Assembly (NCBI GenBank): GCA_038911065.1
Contig: JBCKBR010000004.1
Location: forward strand, 1,142 to 65,141
From: Gaiellales bacterium
GTDB taxonomy: Bacteria > Actinomycetota > Thermoleophilia > Gaiellales > F1-60-MAGs149
Direction of reading: 5' to 3'
DNA: 64,000 nucleotides
The notes under the pieces: model-generated
The model's database searches: none
Seen by the model: only the letters and a program-made list of their open reading frames with translations
What the model was told of the DNA's origin: nothing
Program-made: the position numbers and the translations under genes
Shown: in pieces, positions 46,702 through 58,580 of the stretch
Layout of the letters: each line of letters begins with the position of its first letter
Position numbering within the stretch: the first letter of the stretch is position 1

Positions 46702-46774
46702 AGCGGGCGAAGGGTCTCGAACCCTCGACCTACAGCTTGGGAAGCTGTCGCTCTACCAACTGAGCTACGCCCGC
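46702..46774 (-). tRNA. tRNA-Gly (anticodon CCC)
   Basis: The reverse complement GCGGGCGTAGCTCAGTTGGTAGAGCGACAGCTTCCCAAGCTGTAGGTCGAGGGTTCGAGACCCTTCGCCCGCT folds as a cloverleaf: 7-bp acceptor, GCTC/GAGC D-stem, ACAGC/GCTGT anticodon stem with loop TTCCCAA, and a GGTTCGAGA T-loop. No CCA is encoded. Confidence 0.9.
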
Positions 46775-46837
46775 GTGGCACGCAGCATAGCGATAGCCCG
46801 GTCGCCGGGAAACGCTCCCGACGACCGTGGCTGACCG

Positions 46838-48298
<1,461 letters not shown>

Positions 48299-48320
48299 CT
48301 GAACTCCTTTTCTGTCGCAG

Positions 48321-48326
48321 ATTATA
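48321..48326 (-). promoter_or_regulatory. Candidate -10 box TATAAT for ahcY
   Basis: The minus strand reads ...gaagTATAATctgcgacagaaAAGGAGttcagATG. Confidence 0.4.
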
Positions 48327-48394
48327 CTTCGTACGCTTCGCGTGGGCATCCGATACGCCCTTCGTTCGCGTTCTACACGTCGTAGTTAGGTGGA

Positions 48395-48904
48395 TTACAA
48401 CACGAGCACAAGATGCTCGAGCGCAATGTCCTGTCCATCCACATGCGCGCCAAATGGGTCAACCTCGCGACGCACGAAACCAAGCCGGCCGTACAGGCTC
48501 CACGACGGATCCTCGTTTTCGACGACTTCGAGATAGACCGCGCGGACATCGCGCTCGCGCGCCCAATCGAGCGCGGTCGTGACGAGCTGACGCCCCACAC
48601 CACGCCCACGATGCGCGGGATCGAGCCAGACACCCCAAAGCGTGGCGCGATGACGACGACGCTGTCCGATCTCACGCCCCACCCCCGCCATGCCGACCGG
48701 CCTGCCCTCCTTCAGCGCGAGCATGATCAGGGCATCGCCCTCACCCGTACTCGACGCGGCTCGCGCCGCCCACACGTCATCCGGATCAGCAGCCAGCTCG
48801 TCGAACGTCTCGAGAAACGCATTCGGCGTATTCGTCAAGGCAGCCAGACGCACACTGCGCAGCAAAAGACCTTCGTCGGCCTGGATGGCGCGAACGTCAA
48901 TCAC
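48395..48904 (-). CDS. GNAT-family N-acetyltransferase
   Basis: The acetyl-CoA motif RGRGVGRQLV is present, and there is a GTGA overlap with the argS stop. Confidence 0.8.
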   Translation of the reverse strand: MIDVRAIQADEGLLLRSVRLAALTNTPNAFLETFDELAADPDDVWAARAASSTGEGDALIMLALKEGRPVGMAGVGREIGQRRRHRATLWGVWLDPAHRGRGVGRQLVTTALDWARERDVRAVYLEVVENEDPSWSLYGRLGFVRREVDPFGAHVDGQDIALEHLVLVL

Positions 48905-50514
48905 ATGCGGTCCGGGGCTTCGACCCCGATCAGCGCCAAGGCGCGGGCCAGAGCCTCAGCCGTGGCACTCACCGCGGAGAGACGAAATGCGCGCGTATCG
49001 GCGTCCTCATGCAGCACGTACAAATCGTGGTGGAAGGTATGAAAATCGGCGGCAAGCTCGTGCACCCACGTGACGATCCGATGAGGCGCGCGCAATGCAG
49101 CTGCAGTCGCCACAACATCGGGCCATTCGACAAGTCGACGGACCAACGCCATCTCGGACGGCTCGGGAAGATGCGTAGCACCAACACCCTCGATAACCAA
49201 CCCATCCTCGTGCGCCTTCCGTAGAATCGACGCACAGCGAGCATGAGCGTATTGGACGTAATAGACCGGGTTCTTACTGCTCGTCTCAATCGCAAGATCC
49301 AAATCGATATCGAGCATCTGATCGTGCGACCGCTGCACCAGAAAGTAGCGCGCCGCGTCGACGCCGATCGCGTCAGCCAGACCATTGAGCGTGATCACAT
49401 TGCCGCGCCGCTTACCCATGCGCTCGCCCGAAACCGTGACGAGTTGATAGATCAACACCTCGACGGACTCGGGGTCGCGACCGAGACACGCAGCACCAGC
49501 CTTGAGGCGCTGAATGTAGCCATGATGATCCGCTCCGAGCACGTAGAGTGCACGCGTCGCGCCGCGCTTGAACTTGAGGTCGATGTAAGCGAGATCCGCC
49601 GCAAAATACGTTGTCTCGCCCCCCGCCTTCAGCAACACGCGATCTTTGTCATCGCCAAATGTTGTGGTGCGTAGCCACGTCGCATCGTCGTGCTCGTAGA
49701 CATGACCTTCGGCTCGCGCCAGCGCGATCGCATCTAAAACGGCGCCGGAAACATGGAGCGTTTGCTCACTGGTCCACAGATCGAATGTCACGCGCATCCG
49801 TTCGAGACTCTCGCGAATACGCGTCATCATCATCTCGATCCCGCGCGCCGTCCACTCCTCGATCGGTGCATCGTCCGCTAGTTCGAGCAGTGCTGCTACC
49901 ACAGCTATCTCCTCACCCGGATAGCCACCCTCCGGAATCTCCTCGCCAAGACGCCGAGCTCGGAGCGACTGTCCAAACAACGAGATTTGGTTGCCAGCGT
50001 CGTTGAAGTAGTACTCCTTCGTGACGTGCTCACCGACGAAATCGAGTAGCCGCGCGACGCTATCGCCGTAAGCGGCGTTGCGTGCCGAACCAATCGTGAG
50101 ATCACCCGTGGGATTTGCGGAGACGAACTCGACGAGCGTCTCGATCCCGGCCTGGTGGGGGCGGCGGCCGTACTGGTCGCCACGCGCCAGAATCGTCGTC
50201 AGTGCCTCGCGGTACCAGTCGCCAGAGAGGCGAAGATTAAGAAAGCCGGGCCCGGCCACATCGACCGCTGCGATTTCCGGTAGCCCCACGACAGCCTCCG
50301 CGAGCTCTTCGGCGATCGCCCGTGGCGCCTTACCGAGGATCGGTGCGAGCCGCATCGCGACGCTCGTCGCGTAGTCGCCGTGATCAGCATTCGCGGGACG
50401 CTCGAGCGCCAAATCTGGCACCGTTCCCCCCGTCAGCCCAGCAACCGCCGCGGCGAGCGCAGCATTGAGGTCGGCGATCGGATCGGTCACAGGGAGCATC
50501 GTGGCAAAGGCCAC
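48901..50514 (-). CDS. argS: Arginine--tRNA ligase
   Basis: Class-I HIGH-type motif (SANPTGDLTIGSARN), a DHHGY region, and a C-terminal anticodon-binding domain. Confidence 0.95.
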   Translation of the reverse strand: MAFATMLPVTDPIADLNAALAAAVAGLTGGTVPDLALERPANADHGDYATSVAMRLAPILGKAPRAIAEELAEAVVGLPEIAAVDVAGPGFLNLRLSGDWYREALTTILARGDQYGRRPHQAGIETLVEFVSANPTGDLTIGSARNAAYGDSVARLLDFVGEHVTKEYYFNDAGNQISLFGQSLRARRLGEEIPEGGYPGEEIAVVAALLELADDAPIEEWTARGIEMMMTRIRESLERMRVTFDLWTSEQTLHVSGAVLDAIALARAEGHVYEHDDATWLRTTTFGDDKDRVLLKAGGETTYFAADLAYIDLKFKRGATRALYVLGADHHGYIQRLKAGAACLGRDPESVEVLIYQLVTVSGERMGKRRGNVITLNGLADAIGVDAARYFLVQRSHDQMLDIDLDLAIETSSKNPVYYVQYAHARCASILRKAHEDGLVIEGVGATHLPEPSEMALVRRLVEWPDVVATAAALRAPHRIVTWVHELAADFHTFHHDLYVLHEDADTRAFRLSAVSATAEALARALALIGVEAPDRM

Positions 50515-50534
50515 GCGACCGGGCGGCGGTGCTT

Positions 50535-50954
50535 CTAGCGGTGGTAAGGCAGTCCACGCATGATCGTCAGTGCGCGGTAGACCTGCTCGACGACGACCAC
50601 GCGCGCCAACTGGTGCGGCAGCGTGATGCGCCCGAAGGCCAGTTGCTGGGAACTGGCGTCAAGGACGCGCTGATCGAGACCCTCAGCCCCGCCGATCACG
50701 AATGCCGTCTTTTGTGGTGGCCGCTCCTCGAACTTCTGCAAACGCGCTGCGAGTTGTTCCGAATTCAACAGTTCGCCGCACCGATCGAACGTGATCATGG
50801 TCCAGCCGTCAGACGCAGTCAGGATGCGATCGCCCTCGCGCTGGCGCACCTCCTTCGCCGTGCCATGATCGAGCGGCTCATCTTTGACGACGACGACATC
50901 AAATTTGGCGAGCCGAACGATTCGCGCCTCATAATCGGCAGCGGCCTCAGCCAA
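50535..50954 (-). CDS. rlmH: 23S rRNA (pseudouridine1915-N3)-methyltransferase
   Basis: SPOUT-family ending ...[35 protein letters not shown], typical of RlmH. Confidence 0.9.
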   Translation of the reverse strand: [139 protein letters not shown]

Positions 50955-50996
50955 CGGCCCACGCGCGCGCCCGACAACAATCAGCCGGAGCGAGGT

Positions 50997-51302
50997 TTAT
51001 GCCTCGGGGTGGTCGTCGCCGACTTCAGGAAGATCGCGGATGCTCTCGCGCGCCGCCCACTTGTCGTAGTTATCACGGATTGCGTCGAGCAATTCGCCCA
51101 TGAACTGCGGCGAGAGGTTAATCCGACTGACCACTACGCCAGGAATTTCTGGCCCGTCGAACTCATGATCAACCCGCGCGAAGGTAATCGTAAACTCGTA
51201 ATCGGAGTGCGATACGTTCGCGAAGTTGGCGTAGTGACCTGCCATCTCCTCCGGCGTGAAGTGAATGTTGAGTTGCCGATCCGGTAATTCGTTTTCGCCC
51301 AT
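50997..51302 (-). CDS. DUF3467-like small protein
   Basis: GHYANFANVSHSDYEFTITFARVD matches what I recall of DUF3467. There is no SD, and TAGACT sits at -13..-8. Confidence 0.65.
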   Translation of the reverse strand: MGENELPDRQLNIHFTPEEMAGHYANFANVSHSDYEFTITFARVDHEFDGPEIPGVVVSRINLSPQFMGELLDAIRDNYDKWAARESIRDLPEVGDDHPEA

Positions 51303-51356
51303 GAGTCACAGTCTACTCGGGCTGCTCCCACACGACCTCGCGTATCCTTCCCTCCC

Positions 51357-52097
51357 ATGCGCGTCGTCGTTTTATCGGATATTCACTCCAATTTACAGGC
51401 ACTCGAAGCCGTACTGGAGGCGGAGGGTGATCGCTACGACGCGCTCTGGTGCCTCGGCGACATCGTCGGCTATGGTGCGCGCCCTAACGAGTGCATCTCC
51501 TTGGTCCGAGAGCATGCGGATCTGGTACTGGCCGGCAACCACGACCTTGCGGTGCTCGGCAAAGTCAATGTGGAGCGTTTCGGTGCGGATGCCGGGCGCG
51601 CCGCTCGATGGACACGCGAGGTGCTCGGGGCGGAGCAAGAGGCGTGGCTTGACACGCTCGAGCCCACTGCCAGTATTGGACAGGTCTCACTCGCGCACGC
51701 ATCCCCACGAGATCCGATCTGGGAGTACGTGATCGATGGTCCCGGTGCAGCGATTGCTCTCGCGCATGCCGCCGATGCGAAGGTCGTGCTCGTCGGGCAC
51801 ACCCACGTGCCGATGTCTGCCCGCAGCGTCGGTGATCGCGTGACGGGCGGGCATGCTCCACCGGGCCGCGAGGAAAACCTTGGCGATGACGTACGACTGC
51901 TCGCTAATCCTGGGTCGGTTGGCCAACCCCGCGACGGCGATAGTCGGGCCTCGTACCTCGTCTTGGACATCGACGAGGACATACCCGTCCGCATCGAGTT
52001 TCGTCGGGTCGTGTACGACGCTGCCGCCGCCGCCAAGGAGATCATCGATGCAGGACTGCCGCCCCAATTCGGAGATCGCCTGCTCTTTGGCATGTAG
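51357..52097 (+). CDS. Metallophosphoesterase-family protein (YfcE/MJ0936-like)
   Basis: MRVVVLSDIHSN, GDIVGYG, GNHD and GHTH motifs. Confidence 0.8.
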   Translation: MRVVVLSDIHSNLQALEAVLEAEGDRYDALWCLGDIVGYGARPNECISLVREHADLVLAGNHDLAVLGKVNVERFGADAGRAARWTREVLGAEQEAWLDTLEPTASIGQVSLAHASPRDPIWEYVIDGPGAAIALAHAADAKVVLVGHTHVPMSARSVGDRVTGGHAPPGREENLGDDVRLLANPGSVGQPRDGDSRASYLVLDIDEDIPVRIEFRRVVYDAAAAAKEIIDAGLPPQFGDRLLFGM

Positions 52098-52098
52098 C

Positions 52099-52140
52099 GA
52101 AACTGCACAAAAGGACCCGGGTCCTTTTGTGCAGTTTCGG
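52099..52140. repeat. Palindromic repeat element, copy C (42-nt perfect palindrome) between convergent genes; likely bidirectional terminator
   Basis: CGAAACTGCACAAAAGGACCC|GGGTCCTTTTGTGCAGTTTCG. The core at 52104-52135 is identical to the consensus of copies A and B. Confidence 0.9.
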
Positions 52141-52187
52141 CTACGCACACCGCAACGCTGGCCACAACGCCAACGCTTGGAAACCGG

Positions 52188-53696
52188 CTAACTGACGAGC
52201 GAGGTGCCCGTCATCACGGCGGGAACCTCCACGCCGAGGAGCGTCAGAATTGTCGGCGCCAGATCGGCGAGACGGCCCCGATCCTGCAACACCAAACCGC
52301 CCCCGACCAGAATCAGCGGCACGGGATTCGTCGTATGTGCCGTATGCGGCTCGCCGTCACCCTCCAGCATCTGCTCCGCATTGCCATGATCAGCCGTCAC
52401 CAACGCGACACCATCGACCGCACGTACTGCAGCGACGACATCGCCCAAACAGCGATCTACCTCCTCGACCGCCGCAACTACCGCTGGGATGTTGCCGGTA
52501 TGGCCGACCATATCGGGGTTCGCGAAATTGACGACAACGAAGCCAGCCTCGCCACGACGCAGGCCTGCGACAACGGCATCCGCGACGCCAGCAGCACTCA
52601 TCTCTGGGCGCTGATCGTAGGTCTCGACATCGCGTGGCGAAGGAATCAGCACGCGCTCCTCTCCGACGTGCTCCCCCTCCCGACCACCATTGAAGAAATA
52701 CGTCACATGCGCGTACTTCTCCGTCTCTGCAACGTGCAGCTGTTGGATTCCCGCGCGCTCGAGCGCGTCGGCCAAAACGTTGACGGGACGATCCTCAGCA
52801 AATGCAATCGCGCCAGGCTGCCCATCCCAGTACTGCGTCATGGCCGTCAACCGAACCAGCCCCATAGCGCCCCGATCGAACCCCGTAAACGCCGGATCCG
52901 CCAGAGCAGCAGACAACTCGCGGGCACGATCGGGTCGAAAGTTAAAGAACACCACCTGATCGTCAGCGGCAATCCGACCACTACCATCGCCGATCACCGT
53001 CGGCTCGACAAACTCGTCAGTGACGCCAGCCGCATGGGCAGCGGTAATCGCCGCCACCGCATCCGGGGCATGGTCGCCACGGCCCAACGTGTACAAGGCC
53101 CAGGCCCGCTCGACCCGCTCCCACCGCTGATCGCGATCCATCGCGAACAAGCGGCCGCAAACATCGACAATGCGCGCAGGACCACCCTCCCATTCCGATG
53201 TCAACGCGCCCAACAGGGTCGCTGCCTGATCGGGCGCGACGTCGCGACCATCCGTGATCGCATGAACGGCGACGTCGCGCACTCCGATTGCGGTCGCCAA
53301 ACGCACAAGCCCACGCAGATGATCGACGTGACTATGCACGCCGCCATCTGAAACAAGCCCGACGAGATGCAGCGTCCCCGACCCGGCACGCGCCCGCTCG
53401 CAGGCCTCTACCAGAGCCGGCGTTGACCGGAAATCCTCGAGTGCGGCGTCACCTACCCGCACGAGATCCTGCCCGACAACGCGACCTGCGCCGATTGCGA
53501 TGTGCCCCACCTCCGAGTTACCCATCTGCCCCTCGGGCAATCCAACGGCTCGTCCCGAGGCGACCAACTGCCCGTGCGGGCAGGTCGCCCAGAGCTCGTC
53601 GAACACCGGTGTCTCCGCGAGGTCGACTGCGTTTCCAGGCCCCGGAGCAGCGAGACCCCACCCATCCAACACGATCAATACAACCGGCCGCGTCAC
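52188..53696 (-). CDS. gpmI: 2,3-bisphosphoglycerate-independent phosphoglycerate mutase
   Basis: VLIVLDGWG, SEVGH, and a C-terminal ADHGNAE motif. Confidence 0.95.
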   Translation of the reverse strand: MTRPVVLIVLDGWGLAAPGPGNAVDLAETPVFDELWATCPHGQLVASGRAVGLPEGQMGNSEVGHIAIGAGRVVGQDLVRVGDAALEDFRSTPALVEACERARAGSGTLHLVGLVSDGGVHSHVDHLRGLVRLATAIGVRDVAVHAITDGRDVAPDQAATLLGALTSEWEGGPARIVDVCGRLFAMDRDQRWERVERAWALYTLGRGDHAPDAVAAITAAHAAGVTDEFVEPTVIGDGSGRIAADDQVVFFNFRPDRARELSAALADPAFTGFDRGAMGLVRLTAMTQYWDGQPGAIAFAEDRPVNVLADALERAGIQQLHVAETEKYAHVTYFFNGGREGEHVGEERVLIPSPRDVETYDQRPEMSAAGVADAVVAGLRRGEAGFVVVNFANPDMVGHTGNIPAVVAAVEEVDRCLGDVVAAVRAVDGVALVTADHGNAEQMLEGDGEPHTAHTTNPVPLILVGGGLVLQDRGRLADLAPTILTLLGVEVPAVMTGTSLVS

Positions 53697-54454
53697 CGGC
53701 GCGCGGCAGCCGCAATCGCCAGCAGGCTGGACGCCTCCAACGAAGCTCCACCCACCAACGCACCATCCACATCGGGCAGCTCCATCAGCTCGGCGGCATT
53801 CTCGGGTTTGACCGACCCTCCATAGAGGATGCGAATAGCGTCGGCCCTATCTCCGGCGATGGCTCGGAGTTCGTCGCGAATCCAAGCGTGGGTCTCCTGG
53901 GCAATCGCGGGCGTCGCCGACCGTCCGGTACCGATCGCCCAGATCGGCTCGTACGCCACGACCACACGATCGAGCTGGTCGATCGCAACACCCGACAAGC
54001 CTTCGCGGACTTGGACATCGAGGATCGCCTTCGTGATCCCCGCATCGCGCTCGAACTCGGACTCACCGACACACAGCACCGGTAGCAACCCCGCAGCCAA
54101 TGCCGCCGGCAGCTTTTGCGCCAACGCCTGATCCGTCTCGGCGCAGTCCGCGCGGCGCTCAGAATGGCCGAGCAGCACACCCGTTGCTCCCGCGTCACGG
54201 AGCATCGCCATCGATACCTCGCCCGTATGCGCACCAGCATCGTTCGCATGCCCATTCTGTGCAAAAACCCCGATACCACTGTCGCGCAGTGCCTCCGCGA
54301 CGATATCGAGCGCAGTCAATGGTGGGCAGACAGCGATATCCACACCCGCACCAGCATCGAACCCCGCGCGCAATTCTTCGGCAAAAGCACGCGCCTCACC
54401 CCGCAGCTTGAACATCTTCCAGTTTCCTGCCACAAGCGGACGACGACGCATCAA
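53693..54454 (-). CDS. tpiA: Triosephosphate isomerase
   Basis: AGNWKM, GHSERR, AYEPIWAIGTG. Confidence 0.95.
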   Translation of the reverse strand: MMRRRPLVAGNWKMFKLRGEARAFAEELRAGFDAGAGVDIAVCPPLTALDIVAEALRDSGIGVFAQNGHANDAGAHTGEVSMAMLRDAGATGVLLGHSERRADCAETDQALAQKLPAALAAGLLPVLCVGESEFERDAGITKAILDVQVREGLSGVAIDQLDRVVVAYEPIWAIGTGRSATPAIAQETHAWIRDELRAIAGDRADAIRILYGGSVKPENAAELMELPDVDGALVGGASLEASSLLAIAAAARR

Positions 54455-55641
54455 TCAACCTCCGGGATTGCGGATACACCGGGCAACGTGCGGCCCTCCA
54501 GTAATTCTAGGCTCGCACCGCCGCCCGTGGAGACATGCGTGACCCGATCAGCAAAACCAAACTGCGTGATAGCCGCAACACTGTCGCCGCCGCCGACCAC
54601 GGTGGTGCCGGAGCAATCTGCAACCGCCGCCGCCACAGCGCGCGTGCCTTCGGCGAAAGCAGGCATCTCGAAGGCGCCCATCGGCCCATTCCAGAGCACC
54701 GTGCGCGCTGCACGAATGTGCTCGCAATACAGCGCTATCGCAGCCGGACCAATATCGAGACCCATCCAACCATCCGGAATCGCAGCCGTCGGCGTTACCT
54801 GTGTGGCCGCCTCAGCGCTGAAGGCATCGGCTGCGAGCACATCGCTCGGTAACACCAACTCGCAGCCCGTCGCCAAGGCCTTCGCTTTGACACGCAACGC
54901 AATCGCCTGGCCATCGGCATCCTCGTGCAGGGACGAGCCAACCGCGCCACCACCTGCGACCACAAATGTAAAGGCCATCGCACCACCGATCAGCACGGTA
55001 TCTGCAACCTCGACGAGTCGTTCCAAGACGGCAATCTTGTCGGCCACCTTTACCCCACCAACAATCGCCACGAACGGATGCTCCGGAGCTTCCAGCAGGT
55101 GCGTCAGAACAGAGACCTCACGCTCCATCAAAAGGCCGGCATAGGCTGGTAAGAGGTGAGCGATACCCTCCGTCGACGCATGCGCGCGATGGGCAGCACC
55201 AAAGGCGTCGTTGACGTAGACGTCGGCGAGTTCGGCGAGCGCGTTCGCAAAGCCGGCATCGTTCTGCTCCTCCGCAGGATGGAAGCGCAGGTTCTCGAGC
55301 AGCAGTACGTCGCCATCGCGCAGATCGGCAACCGCCGCTACGGCGTGTGGTCCAATGCAATCGTCGGTGAATGCCACCGGCGCAGCGATCAACTCGCTGA
55401 GCCGCCTCGCCACGGGCGCCAGCGAGTAGGCGGGGTTCCGCTCGCCCTTGGGGCGCCCAAGGTGCGACATCAAGATCACACGAGCACCGTGCTCGCGTAG
55501 CCACTGAAGCGTTGGCAACGCCGCGCGAATCCGTGTGTCGTCGCCAACAATACCGTCCGCCATCGGGACGTTGAAGTCGACGCGCACGAGTACGCGTTGA
55601 CCACGCACCTCACTCAACTGGGCAAGGCCGCGACGCGCCAC
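54451..55641 (-). CDS. pgk: Phosphoglycerate kinase
   Basis: VLVRVDFNVP and MSHLGRPKG motifs. I prefer the GTG 55641 start. The listed TTG 55665 start would overlap gap by 23 nt. Confidence 0.95.
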   Translation of the reverse strand: MARRGLAQLSEVRGQRVLVRVDFNVPMADGIVGDDTRIRAALPTLQWLREHGARVILMSHLGRPKGERNPAYSLAPVARRLSELIAAPVAFTDDCIGPHAVAAVADLRDGDVLLLENLRFHPAEEQNDAGFANALAELADVYVNDAFGAAHRAHASTEGIAHLLPAYAGLLMEREVSVLTHLLEAPEHPFVAIVGGVKVADKIAVLERLVEVADTVLIGGAMAFTFVVAGGGAVGSSLHEDADGQAIALRVKAKALATGCELVLPSDVLAADAFSAEAATQVTPTAAIPDGWMGLDIGPAAIALYCEHIRAARTVLWNGPMGAFEMPAFAEGTRAVAAAVADCSGTTVVGGGDSVAAITQFGFADRVTHVSTGGGASLELLEGRTLPGVSAIPEVD

Positions 55642-55642
55642 C

Positions 55643-56638
55643 CTACACCCGTTGCAGGAGATCAACTATGCGGTTCGAATACCCGAACTCGTTGTCGTAC
55701 CAGGCAATCACCTTCGCCATCTTGCCATTGGTCATCGTCAGCTTCGAATCGAACACGGACGAATACGATGAACCGATCACGTCGCTCGAAACAATTGGGT
55801 CCTCGGTGTACTCGAGGATGCCTTTCAGTGCACCCTTGTCGGCCCTCGACTTGATCGCACTGTTGATCTCATCAACTGAAGCCTCACGACCCAACTCGAC
55901 GACGAGATCGACCACCGACCCAACCGGTACCGGTACACGCATCGCGATGCCATCGAGTCGGCCCTTCAATTCGGGGATAACCAAACCAATCGCCTTCGCT
56001 GCACCGGTGGACGTCGGAATCACATTGACGGCAGCCGCACGCGCACGGCGCAGATCGGCATGCGGCAGATCGAGGATCTGCTGATCGCTCGTATACGCGT
56101 GCGTCGTGGTCATAAACCCGCGTTCTATCCCAAACTCGTCAAGCAGAATCTTGGCGAAGGGTGCCAGACAATTCGTCGTGCACGAAGCGTTAGAAATGAT
56201 GTGATGCGCCGCTGGATCGTAGTCAGCATCGTTAACGCCGAGCACAAGCGTCACATCGGGATCCGTGGCAGGTGCGGAGATGATTACCTTGCTGGCTCCG
56301 GCCGCAAGATGCTTGCTGGCTCCCTCTCGGCTCGTAAAAAAGCCGGTGGACTCCAGCACGATTGGAACATCGAGTTCGCCCCATGGCAGTGCTGCAGGAT
56401 CGCGCTCGGCGAGGACGCGAATCTCCTTACCATCGATCGCGATCCCGCCATCGGTGACCTCGACCGTGTGTGCGAAGCGCCCGAGCACCGAGTCGTAGCG
56501 CAGCAGATGCGCCAGTGTCTTCGGATCGGTCAGATCGTTGATCGCAACGATCTCCAGATCTGCCGAGCGGGAGTAGGCTGCGCGCAGAACATTGCGGCCG
56601 ATGCGACCAAAACCATTGATTGCGACACGGGTTGCCAC
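55643..56638 (-). CDS. gap: Glyceraldehyde-3-phosphate dehydrogenase
   Basis: INGFGRIGR and the [10 protein letters not shown] active site. Confidence 0.95.
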   Translation of the reverse strand: MATRVAINGFGRIGRNVLRAAYSRSADLEIVAINDLTDPKTLAHLLRYDSVLGRFAHTVEVTDGGIAIDGKEIRVLAERDPAALPWGELDVPIVLESTGFFTSREGASKHLAAGASKVIISAPATDPDVTLVLGVNDADYDPAAHHIISNASCTTNCLAPFAKILLDEFGIERGFMTTTHAYTSDQQILDLPHADLRRARAAAVNVIPTSTGAAKAIGLVIPELKGRLDGIAMRVPVPVGSVVDLVVELGREASVDEINSAIKSRADKGALKGILEYTEDPIVSSDVIGSSYSSVFDSKLTMTNGKMAKVIAWYDNEFGYSNRIVDLLQRV

Positions 56639-56691
56639 GAATGTTCCTCCTAGGAAGTGATGCTGATTATAGAAAGCGTGATACCCAGATC

Positions 56692-57645
56692 CTAGGCGCG
56701 CTGGCGGCGTGGCTGGTCCGCTGCCGCCAACATGTCTGCCAGTTCGACTATGCGACGAAGGCGGGCTGCCACGGTTGGTCGCGCGACACCCATGCGCTCG
56801 GACAGCTCGGAGAGTGTCAGATCGGCGTACTCCAAACGGACTTCAGCTGTCTCACGCAAGTGCTCAGAGAGGTGCTCCAACTGGCCGGCTGCGATCAGTG
56901 AGGTAATCGCAGCAACCTGTGATCGCGCCGCCGCCACCTGACGAGTGAGGTTTGCCGTATCGAAGTTGGCGCGACGATTGGCATCCGCTCGCGCACTGCG
57001 CAGCACATCGTCTTCTGCCACGTCGAGTGCGGCACTCTCGACCCCCATCACCGTCAACATATCTTGCACCACGCTCCTCCGTCTCGTCATTACTTCGAAC
57101 CAGCGGGGTCGCTCGCGGAGCCGTAGGTGGACGTCGATGCGCGCCGCGCAGGACTGCAACAACTCGGCGAAATCGACGCCATGCGTGCGGATCTCAAGCA
57201 GTGGCGACTTGCCAGGTGCAGTGACACTACCGCCAACGGCAAAGGCGCCCTGCAGTGCCGCGACGCCGCAACAGTCGCGTTGCACGATGGCGGGATCGAT
57301 CGTTAGGAGCGGACGTCCAGCTTCGTCAATCACGCGTGTCTGTTGGAGGACCGCCACGGTGGCGGCGTCCTCAGCCAGCACGATCAGCACGCGTTGTGTT
57401 GCTCCGAGTCGCTCTGGGGTATAGGCCTGCACACCACAGCTGGCTCCTTCGCTCCGCAAGGCAACGAGGATCTGCCGGGCGACCGCGTGGCTCCCCACAT
57501 CGAGCTCTGCGTGCACGTGGCCCTGCCCCGTCAGATGCAGCGTCCCTGCACCGCGCAGAGCCGCCGCAAGATAGGCGATCCGGCAACAACTGCGATCGAT
57601 CTGCAGGTGCGCCAGCTCCTCACGCACATTGCTCGAGAAGGTCAT
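56692..57645 (-). CDS. whiA: DNA-binding protein WhiA
   Basis: [15 protein letters not shown]-terminus, a LAGLIDADG-like middle domain, and a C-terminal HTH ([22 protein letters not shown]). Confidence 0.9.
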   Translation of the reverse strand: MTFSSNVREELAHLQIDRSCCRIAYLAAALRGAGTLHLTGQGHVHAELDVGSHAVARQILVALRSEGASCGVQAYTPERLGATQRVLIVLAEDAATVAVLQQTRVIDEAGRPLLTIDPAIVQRDCCGVAALQGAFAVGGSVTAPGKSPLLEIRTHGVDFAELLQSCAARIDVHLRLRERPRWFEVMTRRRSVVQDMLTVMGVESAALDVAEDDVLRSARADANRRANFDTANLTRQVAAARSQVAAITSLIAAGQLEHLSEHLRETAEVRLEYADLTLSELSERMGVARPTVAARLRRIVELADMLAAADQPRRQRA

Positions 57646-58580
57646 CGCGTGCGTACGGGGTGTGGTCGTCGAGCCTGCGCGACCAGCGCACGACCGAGTC
57701 GCAGCGGATCGTGCTGATGCCCCTCCGTGATGCGTGCAACCACGACGTCGACACCACTTGCCCGCAGAGCATCACGATCGAAGTCGACGGGGATCAGTCC
57801 TGGTGCCACGACCCGCCGCGTCGTCGGCACCAGCACGGTGTCCACGACACCGGGTCCAAGATGCAGTTCGAGTCGATTGAGGTGTGTGGCGGCGTCGTAC
57901 CCGATCGTCTCGTTCGGTTCTTGCAACAGATTTGCGACGTAGATCCGGCGGGCATGCGATGCCCGCAGCGCCGCAGCGAGGGCGGGTACCAACAGGGGCG
58001 GGATCGTCGATGTAAAGAGCGATCCGGGACCCAGCACAATCAGATCCGCCGAGAGCATCGCCTCGATTGCATCTGGATGCGCTACTGGCGCCTCTGGCTG
58101 CAAGCGCAGTCGCCGAACGTCACGCCGTTCTGACGCAACAGCGGTCTCGCCCGCCACGACGCGACCATCCTCCATCTCGGCCACCAGCACGGCCTTCTCA
58201 CGCGTGGCTGGAAGCACGCGGCCCGAGATTGCCAGCACATGCGAAGACAGTGCGACGGCGGCGTCAAACGATCCCGCAACCTCCGTCAGCGCAGCCAAGA
58301 CGAGATTGCCGAGCGAGTGCCCCTCGAGATCGCCACGATCGAAGCGGTGCTGAAAAACCTCAGCCAGAACCGACTCATCGTCGGCCAAGGCCACCAGACA
58401 GTTGCGCACATCTCCCGGCGGTGGCATGCCAAGGTCGCGTCGCAGGCGACCCGACGAGCCACCATCGTCAGTCAGTGTGACGATCGCCGTCGGCTGGTTG
58501 CCCGCCTGCTTGAGTCCACGCAAAACCGTAGCCATGCCGGAGCCACCACCAAGACAGACGATTTGCGGCTCACCGCGCAT
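57642..58580 (-). CDS. yvcK: Gluconeogenesis factor YvcK/CofD-like (UPF0052)
   Basis: IVCLGGGSGMATVLRGLK and TDDGGSSGRLR motifs, plus an ATGA overlap with whiA. I prefer the ATG 58580 start. Confidence 0.9.
   Translation of the reverse strand: MRGEPQIVCLGGGSGMATVLRGLKQAGNQPTAIVTLTDDGGSSGRLRRDLGMPPPGDVRNCLVALADDESVLAEVFQHRFDRGDLEGHSLGNLVLAALTEVAGSFDAAVALSSHVLAISGRVLPATREKAVLVAEMEDGRVVAGETAVASERRDVRRLRLQPEAPVAHPDAIEAMLSADLIVLGPGSLFTSTIPPLLVPALAAALRASHARRIYVANLLQEPNETIGYDAATHLNRLELHLGPGVVDTVLVPTTRRVVAPGLIPVDFDRDALRASGVDVVVARITEGHQHDPLRLGRALVAQARRPHPVRTR

Noticed and set aside
48299-48394. Possible SAH riboswitch upstream of ahcY.
   Set aside because: Only 96 nt separate ahcY from the upstream GNAT stop, and a TATAAT box lies about 22 nt before the ATG. 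That leaves a ~15-25 nt UTR, too short for the riboswitch, and I saw no matching pseudoknot-forming motifs.
52335-53351. 338-aa plus-strand ORF, with similar ones at 54116..55144, 56060..56653, 57255..58133 and 58239..59291.
   Set aside because: All are antisense shadows of gpmI, pgk, gap, whiA/yvcK and yvcK/ATL/uvrC respectively.
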